A stretch of 64,000 nt of DNA, taken from contig JANRKS010000040.1 in the NCBI GenBank assembly GCA_033763315.1, positions 192,001-256,000 of the forward strand, written 5' to 3'. Source of the DNA: Deltaproteobacteria bacterium (GTDB lineage Bacteria; Myxococcota_A; Polyangia; Fen-1088). The position numbers and the translations under genes are program-made. Positions 1-9,401 of the stretch are shown piece by piece (within the stretch, counting starts at the first letter, position 1; each line of letters opens with the position of its first letter). The notes below the pieces were generated by a model that worked only from the letters and a program-made list of their open reading frames with translations, made no database searches and was not told the origin of the DNA.

Positions 1-537
1 ATGAAGTCGTTATCGGTGGCTGAACGTCACGGTTGGAGTCGCTACGTTGTCCATCAGGCCTATTACTCACTGGTGGGCCGCGACTATGAGAACGAGTTGA
101 TGCCACTGGCGCTTGCCGAGAACGTGGGCACGGCTGTGTGGAGTCCGCTTGGTTGGTCGCGCCTCACGGGCAAATTCCGTCGTGGTGCGCCGCTGCCAAG
201 CACAAGCCGACTGCGCAGCGAATTGGCCGTACAGATGGGCCCGCCCATCGACGACGAATATGTTTACAAGGTCGTCGATGCATTAGATCAAGTGGCCGCC
301 GAAACCGGCAAAACGATTCCTCAGATTGCTCTGAACTGGCTGCTATGCCGGCCGACGGTGGCAACCTTGATCATTGGCGCGCGCACTGAAGCGCAACTGC
401 GCGACAACCTGGGCGCCGTGGGGTGGTCGCTTACGCCCGCGCAGATAGCGAAGCTCGATCGCGCCAGCCAACGCTCTCGGCCCTACCCCTACTGGCACCA
501 GGAAGCGTTCGAGGAACGCAATCCCTTCCCGGTTTAG
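1..537 (+). CDS. Aldo/keto reductase (5' truncated by window edge)
   Basis: QAYYSLVGR, WSPLGWSRLTGK, QIALNWLL and IIGART..QL.DNL motifs typical of AKR C-terminal halves. Confidence 0.9.
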   Translation: MKSLSVAERHGWSRYVVHQAYYSLVGRDYENELMPLALAENVGTAVWSPLGWSRLTGKFRRGAPLPSTSRLRSELAVQMGPPIDDEYVYKVVDALDQVAAETGKTIPQIALNWLLCRPTVATLIIGARTEAQLRDNLGAVGWSLTPAQIAKLDRASQRSRPYPYWHQEAFEERNPFPV

Positions 538-752
538 GGCAACGCTGGTGGGTCCTTGGGTGCGTCGACTTGGCTCGCTTCCGAGGGGGGCGCGGCTTCG
601 AGCTTCTTCTTTCCGCGCAGCCAGCGCCACAAACGAAAGAAGATGAATTCCGTGTCGGAACTCCACATGGCTGGGCCCCAAAAGAAAATGACAGGAACGC
701 ACACCACCAACATGAAGATCAAAAACATGGTGAAGTCGCTGATGTCGGCCAT
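534..752 (-). CDS. Small single-pass membrane protein, hypothetical
   Basis: 72 aa with a hydrophobic helix (MFLIFMLVVCVPVIFFWG) then a basic/Pro tail; fills the gap between the AKR and DUF1501 genes; TAAGGT 9 nt upstream of ATG. Confidence 0.5.
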   Translation of the reverse strand: MADISDFTMFLIFMLVVCVPVIFFWGPAMWSSDTEFIFFRLWRWLRGKKKLEAAPPSEASQVDAPKDPPALP

Positions 753-832
753 GACCCCAGCACCTTACTAGGCGGGTGCGGTTTTGTCGTTAGCCCCACC
801 CGGATACGACGCGGCCCACGCAAGAACGCGCC

Positions 833-2254
833 CTATCCCAGCAACCGCTTCGTGAATTCGTGTTCGCCATGCACATCGGTGAGCCGCTGCTCGCGGCTTT
901 GATAAAGGTACGTGAGCTTCAAGTGATCAACGCCGATGAGGCGCAGCAGCGTGGCGTGAACGTCGTGAATTGAGAACGGATCTTCCACAGCGCGTAGGCC
1001 GAATTCATCCGTTGCGCCCAACACCTGCCCGCCTTTGATGCCACCGCCAGCCATCCACATTGAAAAGCCATACGGATGATGGTCGCGGCCGTTCTTACCT
1101 TCCGCCAAAGGCGTGCGACCGAACTCACTGGCCCACACCACAAGCGTTTCATCCAATAAGCCCAACGCCTGCAAATCGGTGAGCAAAGCCGCTATGGGCT
1201 TATCCGTCTTGCCGGCCATCCGTGTATGCGAGCCAACGAGATCGTCGTGTGCATTGTCCCAGTCGTCACCCAAGTGTGTGCCCGAGAACAGTTGCACAAA
1301 GCGCACGCCGCGCTCCACCAAACGCCGGGCCAACAAACATTTGCGCCCGAAGTTATCGGTGAGCGGTTCATCGATGCCGTAGAGCTTCCGGGTGGCGGCG
1401 CTCTCAGACGCCAGATCCACGGCCTCAGGCGCGTGGCTTTGCATCCGGTACGCAAGCTCGTAAGACTCAAGCCGCGCCTCAAGGTCAGAATCCCCGGGCC
1501 GTGTGGCCAAATGCAGGCGATCCAAATCGCGCACCAGCTCCACTGTGTTCTGCTGCGCTTTCGGCGCCACGTGGGGGGGCGTGGCAAGGTTTAGAATCGG
1601 ATTTTTGCCGGCGCGAAGGATGGTGCCTTGGTATCGGCTTGGCAGATAACCCGCGCCATAAGCCTGTGGTCCCGACTTCATCGCGCCGTCGGACATCACC
1701 ACGAAGCCGGGCAGGTTCTTGTTCTCACTGCCCAACCCGTATGAAAGCCATGACCCTAAGCAGGGGCGACCGGGGATCTGAACGCCGGAGCAGCGCAGGT
1801 ACATGGCTGGCGCGTGATCGAACGCTTCTCCGTAGCATGAGCGCACAAGCGCCAAACGATCCGCGTGGGCCGCAATGTTTGGCATCAGGTTGGAGATTTC
1901 CATGCCCGATTGGCCCCATCGCTTGAAACCAAACGGCGAGGGGCGCGCAATCGCCTTGTTGAAATCGATGCGGCTGGTTTTCAGGCCCTTCACCGCCTCG
2001 CCTGTCAACGGCTTGCCTGCCCACTTTTCGAGCGCTGGTTTGGGATCGAAAGTGTCGACGTGGCTGACGCCGCCGTGCATGAACAAATAGATCACGCGTT
2101 TGGCTTTGCCAAACTTCTCAGACGGGCCAAGCCCCGTACCCGCCAGCGTGGTGGCCGCAGCCGTGCTTTCGCCGAGCAGTGCTGATGCGGCCAGCGCGCC
2201 AAAGCCCAGACCTGCGTTCTGCAAGAGGTCGCGACGGTTCATTGCTTTGCTCAT
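833..2254 (-). CDS. DUF1501 family protein (alkaline phosphatase/sulfatase-like fold), Tat-exported
   Basis: Tat signal NRRDLL; AKRVIYLFMHGGVSHVDTFDPKP, LLARRLVERGVRFVQL, SEFGRTP, GRDHHP motifs. Confidence 0.92.
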   Translation of the reverse strand: MSKAMNRRDLLQNAGLGFGALAASALLGESTAAATTLAGTGLGPSEKFGKAKRVIYLFMHGGVSHVDTFDPKPALEKWAGKPLTGEAVKGLKTSRIDFNKAIARPSPFGFKRWGQSGMEISNLMPNIAAHADRLALVRSCYGEAFDHAPAMYLRCSGVQIPGRPCLGSWLSYGLGSENKNLPGFVVMSDGAMKSGPQAYGAGYLPSRYQGTILRAGKNPILNLATPPHVAPKAQQNTVELVRDLDRLHLATRPGDSDLEARLESYELAYRMQSHAPEAVDLASESAATRKLYGIDEPLTDNFGRKCLLARRLVERGVRFVQLFSGTHLGDDWDNAHDDLVGSHTRMAGKTDKPIAALLTDLQALGLLDETLVVWASEFGRTPLAEGKNGRDHHPYGFSMWMAGGGIKGGQVLGATDEFGLRAVEDPFSIHDVHATLLRLIGVDHLKLTYLYQSREQRLTDVHGEHEFTKRLLG

Positions 2255-2256
2255 AA

Positions 2257-4779
2257 CTAATCCACGTACAAAAACGCGTTGAAGTTAAACAGCGCACGTC
2301 CAAGTTCGGCCAAGGCAAGCTCATCCTTCTTGAAGATGCGCTTTTGCTTTTCTAGAAACGAAGCGGCCAGCGCGCGTTCATCGGTGGAAGGCAGGCGACC
2401 CAACGCAAAGGAGAAGGCTTTGTTGATCGACTCCTCCTTTGAAGCGTGACGTTCGACGTTCGCGGTCACGCGCTTCGCAAACACAGCGGCCTGCTGGACA
2501 GCGAACTCGCCGTTTAGAAGCGACAACGATTGCGGCGCCATGGTGCTCGTCTCGCGACGGGGGCAATGCAGCACACCTTCGGGCGAATCAAACACCTCGA
2601 ACAACGGTTGCTGAAAACCGCGCTTGCGAATCAAGTAAACGCTGCGCCGCAGGTGCTCTTGTGGATCGGCTGAAACCACCCAAGCGTCGTTCAAAGGCAC
2701 GCTCAGACCAAACAGCTCCTCCTTCGGCAATGGTGGCACCACCGGCGGGCCGCCCATTTTCAAGTTCAGGCTGCCCGCCGCTTGCAGAACAGCGTCACGG
2801 ATCTCTTCGGCCGTGAGGCGCCGCCGATTCATGTGTGAAAGAGCGAGGTTCTCAGGATCCTTGGCCAGGGCTTCGGCGTTGCCCACCGACGACAACTGAT
2901 ACGCGTGCGAGGTCATCATGAGCCGGTGCATCGCTTTGAGCGAATAGCCCTGTTTCACGAATTCTGTGGCCAGCCAATCAAGCAGCGCCGGATGCGAAGG
3001 CGGCGTGCCTCGTCGGCCGAAATCACTCGGCGTCGAAACGATGCCTCGCACAAAATGCCCCGTCCACAAACGGTTCACAATCACCCGCCACGTCAAAGGG
3101 TGCGAGGGACGCGTGAGCCATTCTGCCAAGGCTTTGCGCCTGCCAGTGCTGTTGGCCGTGGGCGGTGGCGCAGCGATCTCGCCGCCACCCAACGCACCCA
3201 GAAAGCCTGGATTCACGGGCGTGGGCGCACCGCCGCCGCGCGAGGGCATAAAGGCCACCGGCGCCACCGGCCCCGCATCCGTGATCCCCGGTGCCATGGG
3301 GGGTGGGCCAAAGCCCGTGTACATCTGGACCAACTGCTTTTCGATGGCAAGAAGGCGCGCCTTGTCTGCCTTTGAGAAGATGGCTTTGGTTTCGTCGTAG
3401 CCGGGGCGAACCTCATTCATGTGCGCCGCAACGGTGGATTTCTGTTCTGCCGTGCGCTTGCCCTCTTCGACGGCGAACGCCGCTTGGACGTCCTGGGGAA
3501 GCTTGGCGCGTTTGGCCGCCTCAATCTTCTTGTTGTACGGAGCAAACAGGGCGGCCAATTGTTCGCCGATGCCGCGCAACTTGAACTGACGGTAGTTCTC
3601 GCTGATGTCCCAAGTGCGAGACGCGTTGTAGTCCAAGAACACCCGCTGCTTCACCGCTGGAACAAACACGGCCTGCAGGCGGAAATAGTCCTTTTGCGAA
3701 ATGGGATCGAATTTGTGATCGTGGCAGCGTGCGCAGCCCACGGATAAGCCCATGAATAAGGCGCCGGTCGTATCAACGAAATCGGTCAGCGTTTCAACGC
3801 GGTTGGTGTCTTCCACCTTAAACAACATGTCGCGGTTGGCGCCCACTGTGTAAAGGCCCGTGCCGCGTTGGGCCTCTGGATCGTCTGGCCAGAATTCATC
3901 GCCGGCGATCTGTTCTTTGATGAAGCGATCGAACGGTTTGTCGCTGTTTAATGAATTGATCACGTAGTCGCGGTAGCGCCATGCATCCAGCAAATACGGA
4001 TCTTGTTCGTATCCCGAGCTATCACCGTAGCGAGCGAGATCCAACCAATAGCGGCCCCATTTTTCGCCATAGTGGGGCGACGCCAGCAAACGATCCACCA
4101 AGCGGTCGTAGGCATTGGGATCCTTGTCCGCAACGAACAGGTCGATTTCCGCTTGTGTAGGGGCAAGCCCGTGCAAATCAAATGTGGCGCGACGGATCAA
4201 CGTGGGACGATCGGCGGTGGGCGACGGTGTTAGGCCTTGCGCTTGCAGCGTTGCGAGCACGAACGCATCAATCGGGTTCTTGATCCACCTGTCGGGATCC
4301 TTGGGCTGCGGCGGGGCCCCCGCCACCACGGCTCGAAAGGACCACCACTTCGGTTCATCCTTTTTCACCGCCACACCTGGCAACGCAGCGGCGGCCTGCG
4401 GAAACGGTACACCGGCCTCGATCCAGCGACGAAGAATATCGATGTCCTTGTCGCTGAGCTTCTTCTCAGCGGGCGGCATGATGGTTTTGACTTCGTGCCG
4501 CACCATCTTCATCAGAGGGCTTTGCTCTGGATGCCCCACAACAACGGCAACGCCGTGATCGCCTCCCTTCAAAAACGCGGCTCGCTCCAACACGTTCAAA
4601 CCCGATCGCGCCAGATCATCGTGGCATTCACTGCAGCGCTCTTGCAGGAGCGCCAACGCGGACGCTGCCAGCGTGTTCGAATCAGCGGCGGGGGCGGCCT
4701 GCACGAATGAGGCCCTGGCCGTGCATACGATGGCTGCGCCCACAAAAGCCACGAGAGGACGGTAACGGGACGTGCTCAC
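2257..4779 (-). CDS. PSD1/planctomycete cytochrome c protein (PSCyt1-DUF1549-DUF1553)
   Basis: CSECH and CARCHDHKFDP heme motifs; NPIDAFV, YGEKWGRYWLDLARYGDS, PSHPALLDWLA; start taken at GTG 4779 (ORF track extends to 4863). Confidence 0.9.
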   Translation of the reverse strand: MSTSRYRPLVAFVGAAIVCTARASFVQAAPAADSNTLAASALALLQERCSECHDDLARSGLNVLERAAFLKGGDHGVAVVVGHPEQSPLMKMVRHEVKTIMPPAEKKLSDKDIDILRRWIEAGVPFPQAAAALPGVAVKKDEPKWWSFRAVVAGAPPQPKDPDRWIKNPIDAFVLATLQAQGLTPSPTADRPTLIRRATFDLHGLAPTQAEIDLFVADKDPNAYDRLVDRLLASPHYGEKWGRYWLDLARYGDSSGYEQDPYLLDAWRYRDYVINSLNSDKPFDRFIKEQIAGDEFWPDDPEAQRGTGLYTVGANRDMLFKVEDTNRVETLTDFVDTTGALFMGLSVGCARCHDHKFDPISQKDYFRLQAVFVPAVKQRVFLDYNASRTWDISENYRQFKLRGIGEQLAALFAPYNKKIEAAKRAKLPQDVQAAFAVEEGKRTAEQKSTVAAHMNEVRPGYDETKAIFSKADKARLLAIEKQLVQMYTGFGPPPMAPGITDAGPVAPVAFMPSRGGGAPTPVNPGFLGALGGGEIAAPPPTANSTGRRKALAEWLTRPSHPLTWRVIVNRLWTGHFVRGIVSTPSDFGRRGTPPSHPALLDWLATEFVKQGYSLKAMHRLMMTSHAYQLSSVGNAEALAKDPENLALSHMNRRRLTAEEIRDAVLQAAGSLNLKMGGPPVVPPLPKEELFGLSVPLNDAWVVSADPQEHLRRSVYLIRKRGFQQPLFEVFDSPEGVLHCPRRETSTMAPQSLSLLNGEFAVQQAAVFAKRVTANVERHASKEESINKAFSFALGRLPSTDERALAASFLEKQKRIFKKDELALAELGRALFNFNAFLYVD

Positions 4780-4941
4780 CCCGGTAAGATAGAGCAGCGC
4801 GACGCTACAATCAGGTACAAAGTGATATATTATGACACATAGATCACACCCGGTCGCAAGCACGGCCGCCCGTCGCTAGGCAGAGGCGCCGTGCGTCATG
4901 AATTTGCCGCGCGAGCCAGCAGAAGCCATGATGCGGCCACC

Positions 4942-5421
4942 ATGGCAGCCTGGTTGATGAAGTCTGAGCCCGAGGTTTTTTCCATTGATGATCTGGCCAA
5001 AGCCAAAACAACCTTTTGGGACGGGGTTCGCAACTACCAGGCGCGCAACCTCATGCGCGATGACATGAAGCCCGGCGATTTGGTGCTGTTCTATCACTCG
5101 AACGCAAAGCCGCCCGGCGTGGCCGGTGTGGCCGAGGTCATCAAAGCCGCCAGACCCGATCCGTCGCAGTTCGACGCCACATCGGAAAAATTTGATCCTG
5201 GTGCCACACCTGCGGAGCCGCGTTGGTTTGGCGTTGATATCAAATTTCGCAGCAAGTTCGCTACGCCGGTTTCATTGGACACGATCAAAGCCACGCCGGC
5301 CTTGGCGAACATGGTGCTGGTCAAACGCAGCCGGCTTTCGGTTCAGCCCGTCACCGACGCCGAGTTCAAAGCGATAGAGAAACTGGGCGGCTCGGCGAAG
5401 CGCGCCTCGACGTTAAAATAG
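4942..5421 (+). CDS. EVE domain protein (PUA-like, thymocyte nuclear protein 1 family)
   Basis: WLMKSEP..FSIDDL, WDGVRNYQARN, FYHSN, SRLSVQPV; start at ATG 4942. Confidence 0.95.
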   Translation: MAAWLMKSEPEVFSIDDLAKAKTTFWDGVRNYQARNLMRDDMKPGDLVLFYHSNAKPPGVAGVAEVIKAARPDPSQFDATSEKFDPGATPAEPRWFGVDIKFRSKFATPVSLDTIKATPALANMVLVKRSRLSVQPVTDAEFKAIEKLGGSAKRASTLK

Positions 5422-5432
5422 TCGTCCCGCCG

Positions 5433-6023
5433 TTAATCCACGGGCCTGCCTCGAAAATATCGAACGGGCTTTGCGGGCGCTGCAGCCGCAGGCTCAGGCG
5501 CGATGGCCCTCGAGGTCGTCGCGCGTGTGACCGAGGCCGGCGTCGGCCGCGGCACAGGCGGTGGCGTGGCGCGCGTGACAGCCGTGTTGCTGGGCAACGG
5601 CGGTGGCATGGAGCGCATCGTGGGCAAAGTTGTGGGCGTGGGTGAAGCCACAGGCGTTTCAGTTGGCACCTGGCGCGCAATCCGATCGCCCACTTTGCGC
5701 GCCATAAGGTTCACCGCCATGCGCAGCGATGGCGCGTTGACAGCGTGGGTTGTGAGCAAGCACAAAAACCCGTTGGGAAGCCGGCGCGCGTGCAGCGTCT
5801 GCTCTTCGTATTCCAGCACAAACAGTTCGAGGAAGTCCCCTGTTGAGCTCATCGCCTCATGAAAACGGCCGAGCCTGGGGGCCACCTCGCGCAGTGCCGA
5901 ATCGTCCACGTACGCGGCCAAGTCGCGCGCCACCACATCGCCCTGATCAGACACCACGAAGCTGGCCAACACGCCTTCCACGTCACGCAACGACGGCAGA
6001 GCGTTTGTGATTTCCGCGTCCAT
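5433..6023 (-). CDS. Roadblock/LC7 (MglB-like) domain protein with Pro/Thr-rich tail
   Basis: N-terminal L.DVEGVLASFVVSDQG.VVA pattern and alpha/beta spacing like Roadblock domains; low-complexity linker; terminal YFRGRPVD. Confidence 0.65.
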   Translation of the reverse strand: MDAEITNALPSLRDVEGVLASFVVSDQGDVVARDLAAYVDDSALREVAPRLGRFHEAMSSTGDFLELFVLEYEEQTLHARRLPNGFLCLLTTHAVNAPSLRMAVNLMARKVGDRIARQVPTETPVASPTPTTLPTMRSMPPPLPSNTAVTRATPPPVPRPTPASVTRATTSRAIAPEPAAAAPAKPVRYFRGRPVD

Positions 6024-6025
6024 CT

Positions 6026-6454
6026 TTAGCTATCCTTTCGGCCAAAGCGCGCCCTGAATTTTTTCAGATCGTCTTGCCCGGACACCTGGCGTGCCACGAC
6101 ATCGCCGTTGTCAGACACGACCATGGCCCATCGCTGGTTTTTGAACTGCATATCCACAGCGACCAATCGGTCCATCCCCAGCAGTTCCCCCACCAATGTC
6201 CCTAAACGCGCGCCGTACGACAACGCTCCCGAAAATAGCTCTTCGACGGGCGAACTAGAAACCACAGCTCCATCAGGGCTAATCCGCAGCTCCCGGGTCG
6301 AGCTTGGCTCACCTGCCAGTTCAACCACTGAAGTCGATGAGACAGCGCGCTCAACCGGCTGGTTTGAATCCGCGCTGACCGGTCTTAGGGGGTATCCTCC
6401 GCTGCCGCTAAAACGATTTGTTGCCGACATGGCTAAGTCCCTTGGTTGGTTCAT
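6026..6454 (-). CDS. Hypothetical protein, possibly degenerate Roadblock-like fold
   Basis: 142 aa, 2 nt upstream of the Roadblock gene; ISPDGAVV and LVGELLGMD segments. Confidence 0.55.
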   Translation of the reverse strand: MNQPRDLAMSATNRFSGSGGYPLRPVSADSNQPVERAVSSTSVVELAGEPSSTRELRISPDGAVVSSSPVEELFSGALSYGARLGTLVGELLGMDRLVAVDMQFKNQRWAMVVSDNGDVVARQVSGQDDLKKFRARFGRKDS

Positions 6455-6733
6455 CTCACTGGCAAAGCCTAGCGCGGACCCCGTTAACCCCAGGTTTCCG
6501 ACAAGGCAATTGCAAGTGAAAATCCGTTTGGGCCCGGGAACAAATTCACCCTGTTTTTCGGGGTCTGCCCGAGGCGCCGTTTTACTTACATCAGCGCCCG
6601 TCCGCCCCCACGCGTAATGCGTTTTTTACCCCTGCGCCTTCCTTAAATCGACGCAAAGGTTGGCGGACCACGCATTTGCTCGTAACCTTGAAGAATCTTA
6701 TCGCTTTGCACTTAACTTAAAGACTTAGGCACG

Positions 6734-7903
6734 ATGATCGAAGCTTCTTGGGGGATTCGTCGGCATCTGCGCAGGGACCTGGGGCCGCTTGCATTTGCGT
6801 TGGCAATGGCAAGCGTGGCTGTAGGGTGCGCCGGATCTGACGCAACGAGCACCGGCGACGCCATTGCGGACGCCGGCGCTGACACTGGCGCGGCCGCGGC
6901 CGATGTCGACATTCCTGGGCGCACGCGGCCTGAGCAAGGCGACGACGAAGACGGCGCCGGACTGGCGGGAACTTCAGACGGCGGAGCCAACGACGACGGG
7001 CGTGGGCCACCAGCCCTGGTTACGGTCAAACAAGGCTGCGATATGCGCGCGGATCGCTTGTGCTCGAAGTTGCAAGATTGCTCGGAATTTTTCCTGCGCC
7101 TTGTGTTCGGCAAAGCCGATGTGTGCCGCGCGCGCCTCGCCGCTGATTGTATGGCACAGGCCAGTGCACCGGATGTGTCCATCACGCAATACTCCTTGGT
7201 GAGATGTGCACAGGAAATTTCAGCGCAAACCTGCGCCGAAATAATTGATCGGCAAGAGCCAGACGCGTGCAATCCGATGGGCCTGCGTCGTGAAGGCAAA
7301 CGGTGCGGTGGCAACCTGCAGTGTGCCACAGGCTTTTGCGCGGCCAGCGGTGACATGTGTGGCCGCTGCGAAGCCAAGCGTGGCGCGGGCGAATCTTGTG
7401 AAAGCGACGCCGCCTGCATGTCGGGTTTGCACTGTAGCGGCAAGGGGAAATGTGTGCGCCGCGGCTCGTTGGGCGACGCCTGTGGCGGCGAAAATCAAGA
7501 ATGCGGCACGCTGCTGGCCTGCCGCGCGGGCAGGTGTGCTGTGCCCCTCGTCGCCGACGCGCCGTGCACCAACACCGACGAGTGCACGCGAGCCGTGGGG
7601 CAAGTGTGTGCCGCGCCCAACGGAGGCGTGGGCAACGCGCTGGCCTTGCCGGTGCTGCAATGCCGCGCATCAGTGCTGGGTGCCCCCGGAACGATCTGCC
7701 GCGAGGGGAACAGCCTCACAGCGTATTGCGCTGGAGGGCAAGCCAATTGTGTCGAAGACGACAAAGGCATTTTTCGCTGCGTGGCCCCTGCCATGGACGG
7801 GCAGCCGTGCGGCGACAAAGCCAACGGCCGTTCGTGCATAATGCCAGCCGTGTGCGTGGCCGGCGCGTGTCGCTTGGGGCCCGTCACCAGCTGCCAGCCG
7901 TGA
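6734..7903 (+). CDS. Cys-rich secreted lipoprotein (myxobacterial EGF/Dickkopf-like repeats)
   Basis: Lipobox AVGC, acidic Gly/Asp linker, repeated G..C.....C..GL.C units. Confidence 0.75.
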   Translation: MIEASWGIRRHLRRDLGPLAFALAMASVAVGCAGSDATSTGDAIADAGADTGAAAADVDIPGRTRPEQGDDEDGAGLAGTSDGGANDDGRGPPALVTVKQGCDMRADRLCSKLQDCSEFFLRLVFGKADVCRARLAADCMAQASAPDVSITQYSLVRCAQEISAQTCAEIIDRQEPDACNPMGLRREGKRCGGNLQCATGFCAASGDMCGRCEAKRGAGESCESDAACMSGLHCSGKGKCVRRGSLGDACGGENQECGTLLACRAGRCAVPLVADAPCTNTDECTRAVGQVCAAPNGGVGNALALPVLQCRASVLGAPGTICREGNSLTAYCAGGQANCVEDDKGIFRCVAPAMDGQPCGDKANGRSCIMPAVCVAGACRLGPVTSCQP

Positions 7904-8709
7904 GCGATCCGTTTTCGGAAGAGCTGGCGGTGGCGCGCGAGGCCTGCGAGGCGGCCGCAGCGTTGATAAGGCAGATCGGCCCTGACCACATCGTGGCGAA
8001 GCCCGATGGCTCGCCGGTCACGGCCGCCGACCTGCGCGCCAACGAGATCATTCTTGCCACGCTCGCTCGATCGTTTCCTGATGATGGCGTGCTCAGCGAA
8101 GAAAGCACGGACAGTCAAGCCAGGTTGCAAAAGCCACGCGTTTGGATTGTTGATCCGTTGGATGGCACACGCGATTTTGTTCACGGCACCGGGCAATACG
8201 CCGTGCACGTGGGCCTCGCGGTGCAAGGCAAAGCCACGCTGGGCGTTGTGGCTGAACCGGCGGCTTGCCGCGTGTCGTGGGCGGTGCGGGGCCAAGGCGC
8301 GTTTGTAAGCGAAAGCGGCGAACGGCCCCAGCGGTTGGCGGTCTCGAAAATGGCAACGTTCAGCGATTTTCGCATCGGCACCACACGCTACGCCATGTCG
8401 CCCGCGGTGCAGGCGTTCTTGAGCGCAGAGCCGCCGCTTGCCGGCATACCCATGGGCGCTTCAACCAAGCTGATGGCCTTGGCGCGTGCAGAGTTGGAGG
8501 CGTGCGTGTGGCTGTCGGCCGCAGAGAAAGAATGGGACACCTGCGCGCCTGAAGTCATCGTGGAAGAAGCGGGCGGCTGCCTCACAGATGCGCTCGGCCA
8601 TCCCTTCGTGTACAACAAACGCGACGTCGTTCACCGCTTGGGCATCGTCGCAAGTCACGGGCTCGACCACGTGTCTTTGCTGGCCAGAGCCGCACGTTTT
8701 TTTCCATGA
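7900..8709 (+). CDS. cysQ: 3'(2'),5'-bisphosphate nucleotidase / inositol monophosphatase family
   Basis: SPVTAADL, LSEES, WIVDPLDGTRDF, EWDTCAP..IVEEAGG; GTG 7900 overlaps the upstream stop (GTGA). Confidence 0.85.
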   Translation: MSDPFSEELAVAREACEAAAALIRQIGPDHIVAKPDGSPVTAADLRANEIILATLARSFPDDGVLSEESTDSQARLQKPRVWIVDPLDGTRDFVHGTGQYAVHVGLAVQGKATLGVVAEPAACRVSWAVRGQGAFVSESGERPQRLAVSKMATFSDFRIGTTRYAMSPAVQAFLSAEPPLAGIPMGASTKLMALARAELEACVWLSAAEKEWDTCAPEVIVEEAGGCLTDALGHPFVYNKRDVVHRLGIVASHGLDHVSLLARAARFFP

Positions 8710-9401
8710 TTCAGAACCCACCACCACTGCTGCTGTTTGTAGATGGCATTGATGGCAGCGGCAAATCCACGTGGGCGCGCCAAGCAAGCGACGCGCTTCG
8801 CGCCATGGGCACCAGCGTGTGGCCACTTTCCGTCGACGACTTTCGCACGCCGGTGGACTGGCACGCACACGGCGCTGCACAGGCGCAAGCCTACTACGAC
8901 GAATACTTTGATTTGCAGTTGCTCGATGATGTCTTGCGTGACGTAGCCCGGGGCCAACGGAAACTTCGTTTACCCGTGTTCACCGAGGGGCATCCGCGCG
9001 CCTGGCAAGAGGTGCAGATCGAGGCCTGCGATGTGGTGTTGCTGGAGGGTGTCTTCACCCAACGTCTTGCGACGGCGGCAGGCGCAGGCTTGGTGTACGT
9101 CGACGTAGAGTGGGCCCTGGCCCGCGAGCGCATTCTGGTCCGTGATCAAGCGAAAGGCCGGACAGCCAGCGACGTGAACGACCGGATCGATCAACGCTAC
9201 ATACCTGGCCAACGCATGTACGAGGTACAGTGCCGCCCTCGATCAAGAGCGCATTGGGTGGCCACCTTCGATAAGGCAAGCGAGGCACTGCGGCTGACCC
9301 GCACCGCCAACGATCTGCCCCCCCACCCCTTGTGGCCGCAGGTGGAACAGGCGATCTACAAGGCGAGCGCAAGGCCTGCTATGAACGTCGACGACGCATG
9401 A
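8706..9401 (+). CDS. Uridine kinase-like P-loop kinase
   Basis: Walker A DGIDGSGKST, SVDDF, LLEGVF; ATGA coupling to cysQ. Confidence 0.75.
   Translation: MIQNPPPLLLFVDGIDGSGKSTWARQASDALRAMGTSVWPLSVDDFRTPVDWHAHGAAQAQAYYDEYFDLQLLDDVLRDVARGQRKLRLPVFTEGHPRAWQEVQIEACDVVLLEGVFTQRLATAAGAGLVYVDVEWALARERILVRDQAKGRTASDVNDRIDQRYIPGQRMYEVQCRPRSRAHWVATFDKASEALRLTRTANDLPPHPLWPQVEQAIYKASARPAMNVDDA

Noticed and set aside
6455-6733. Possible c-di-GMP-I riboswitch (GACGCAAAG near 6650) in a long, relatively AT-rich intergenic region
   Set aside because: The upstream GGCAAAC..GAAA stem and downstream pairing are not in the right arrangement on either strand; an Infernal/Rfam scan would settle it
7450-7899. 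Long N-terminal extension of the CysQ ORF
   Set aside because: It overlaps the Cys-rich gene in another frame and is Arg-rich shadow sequence; the GTGA-coupled start at 7900 fits the family
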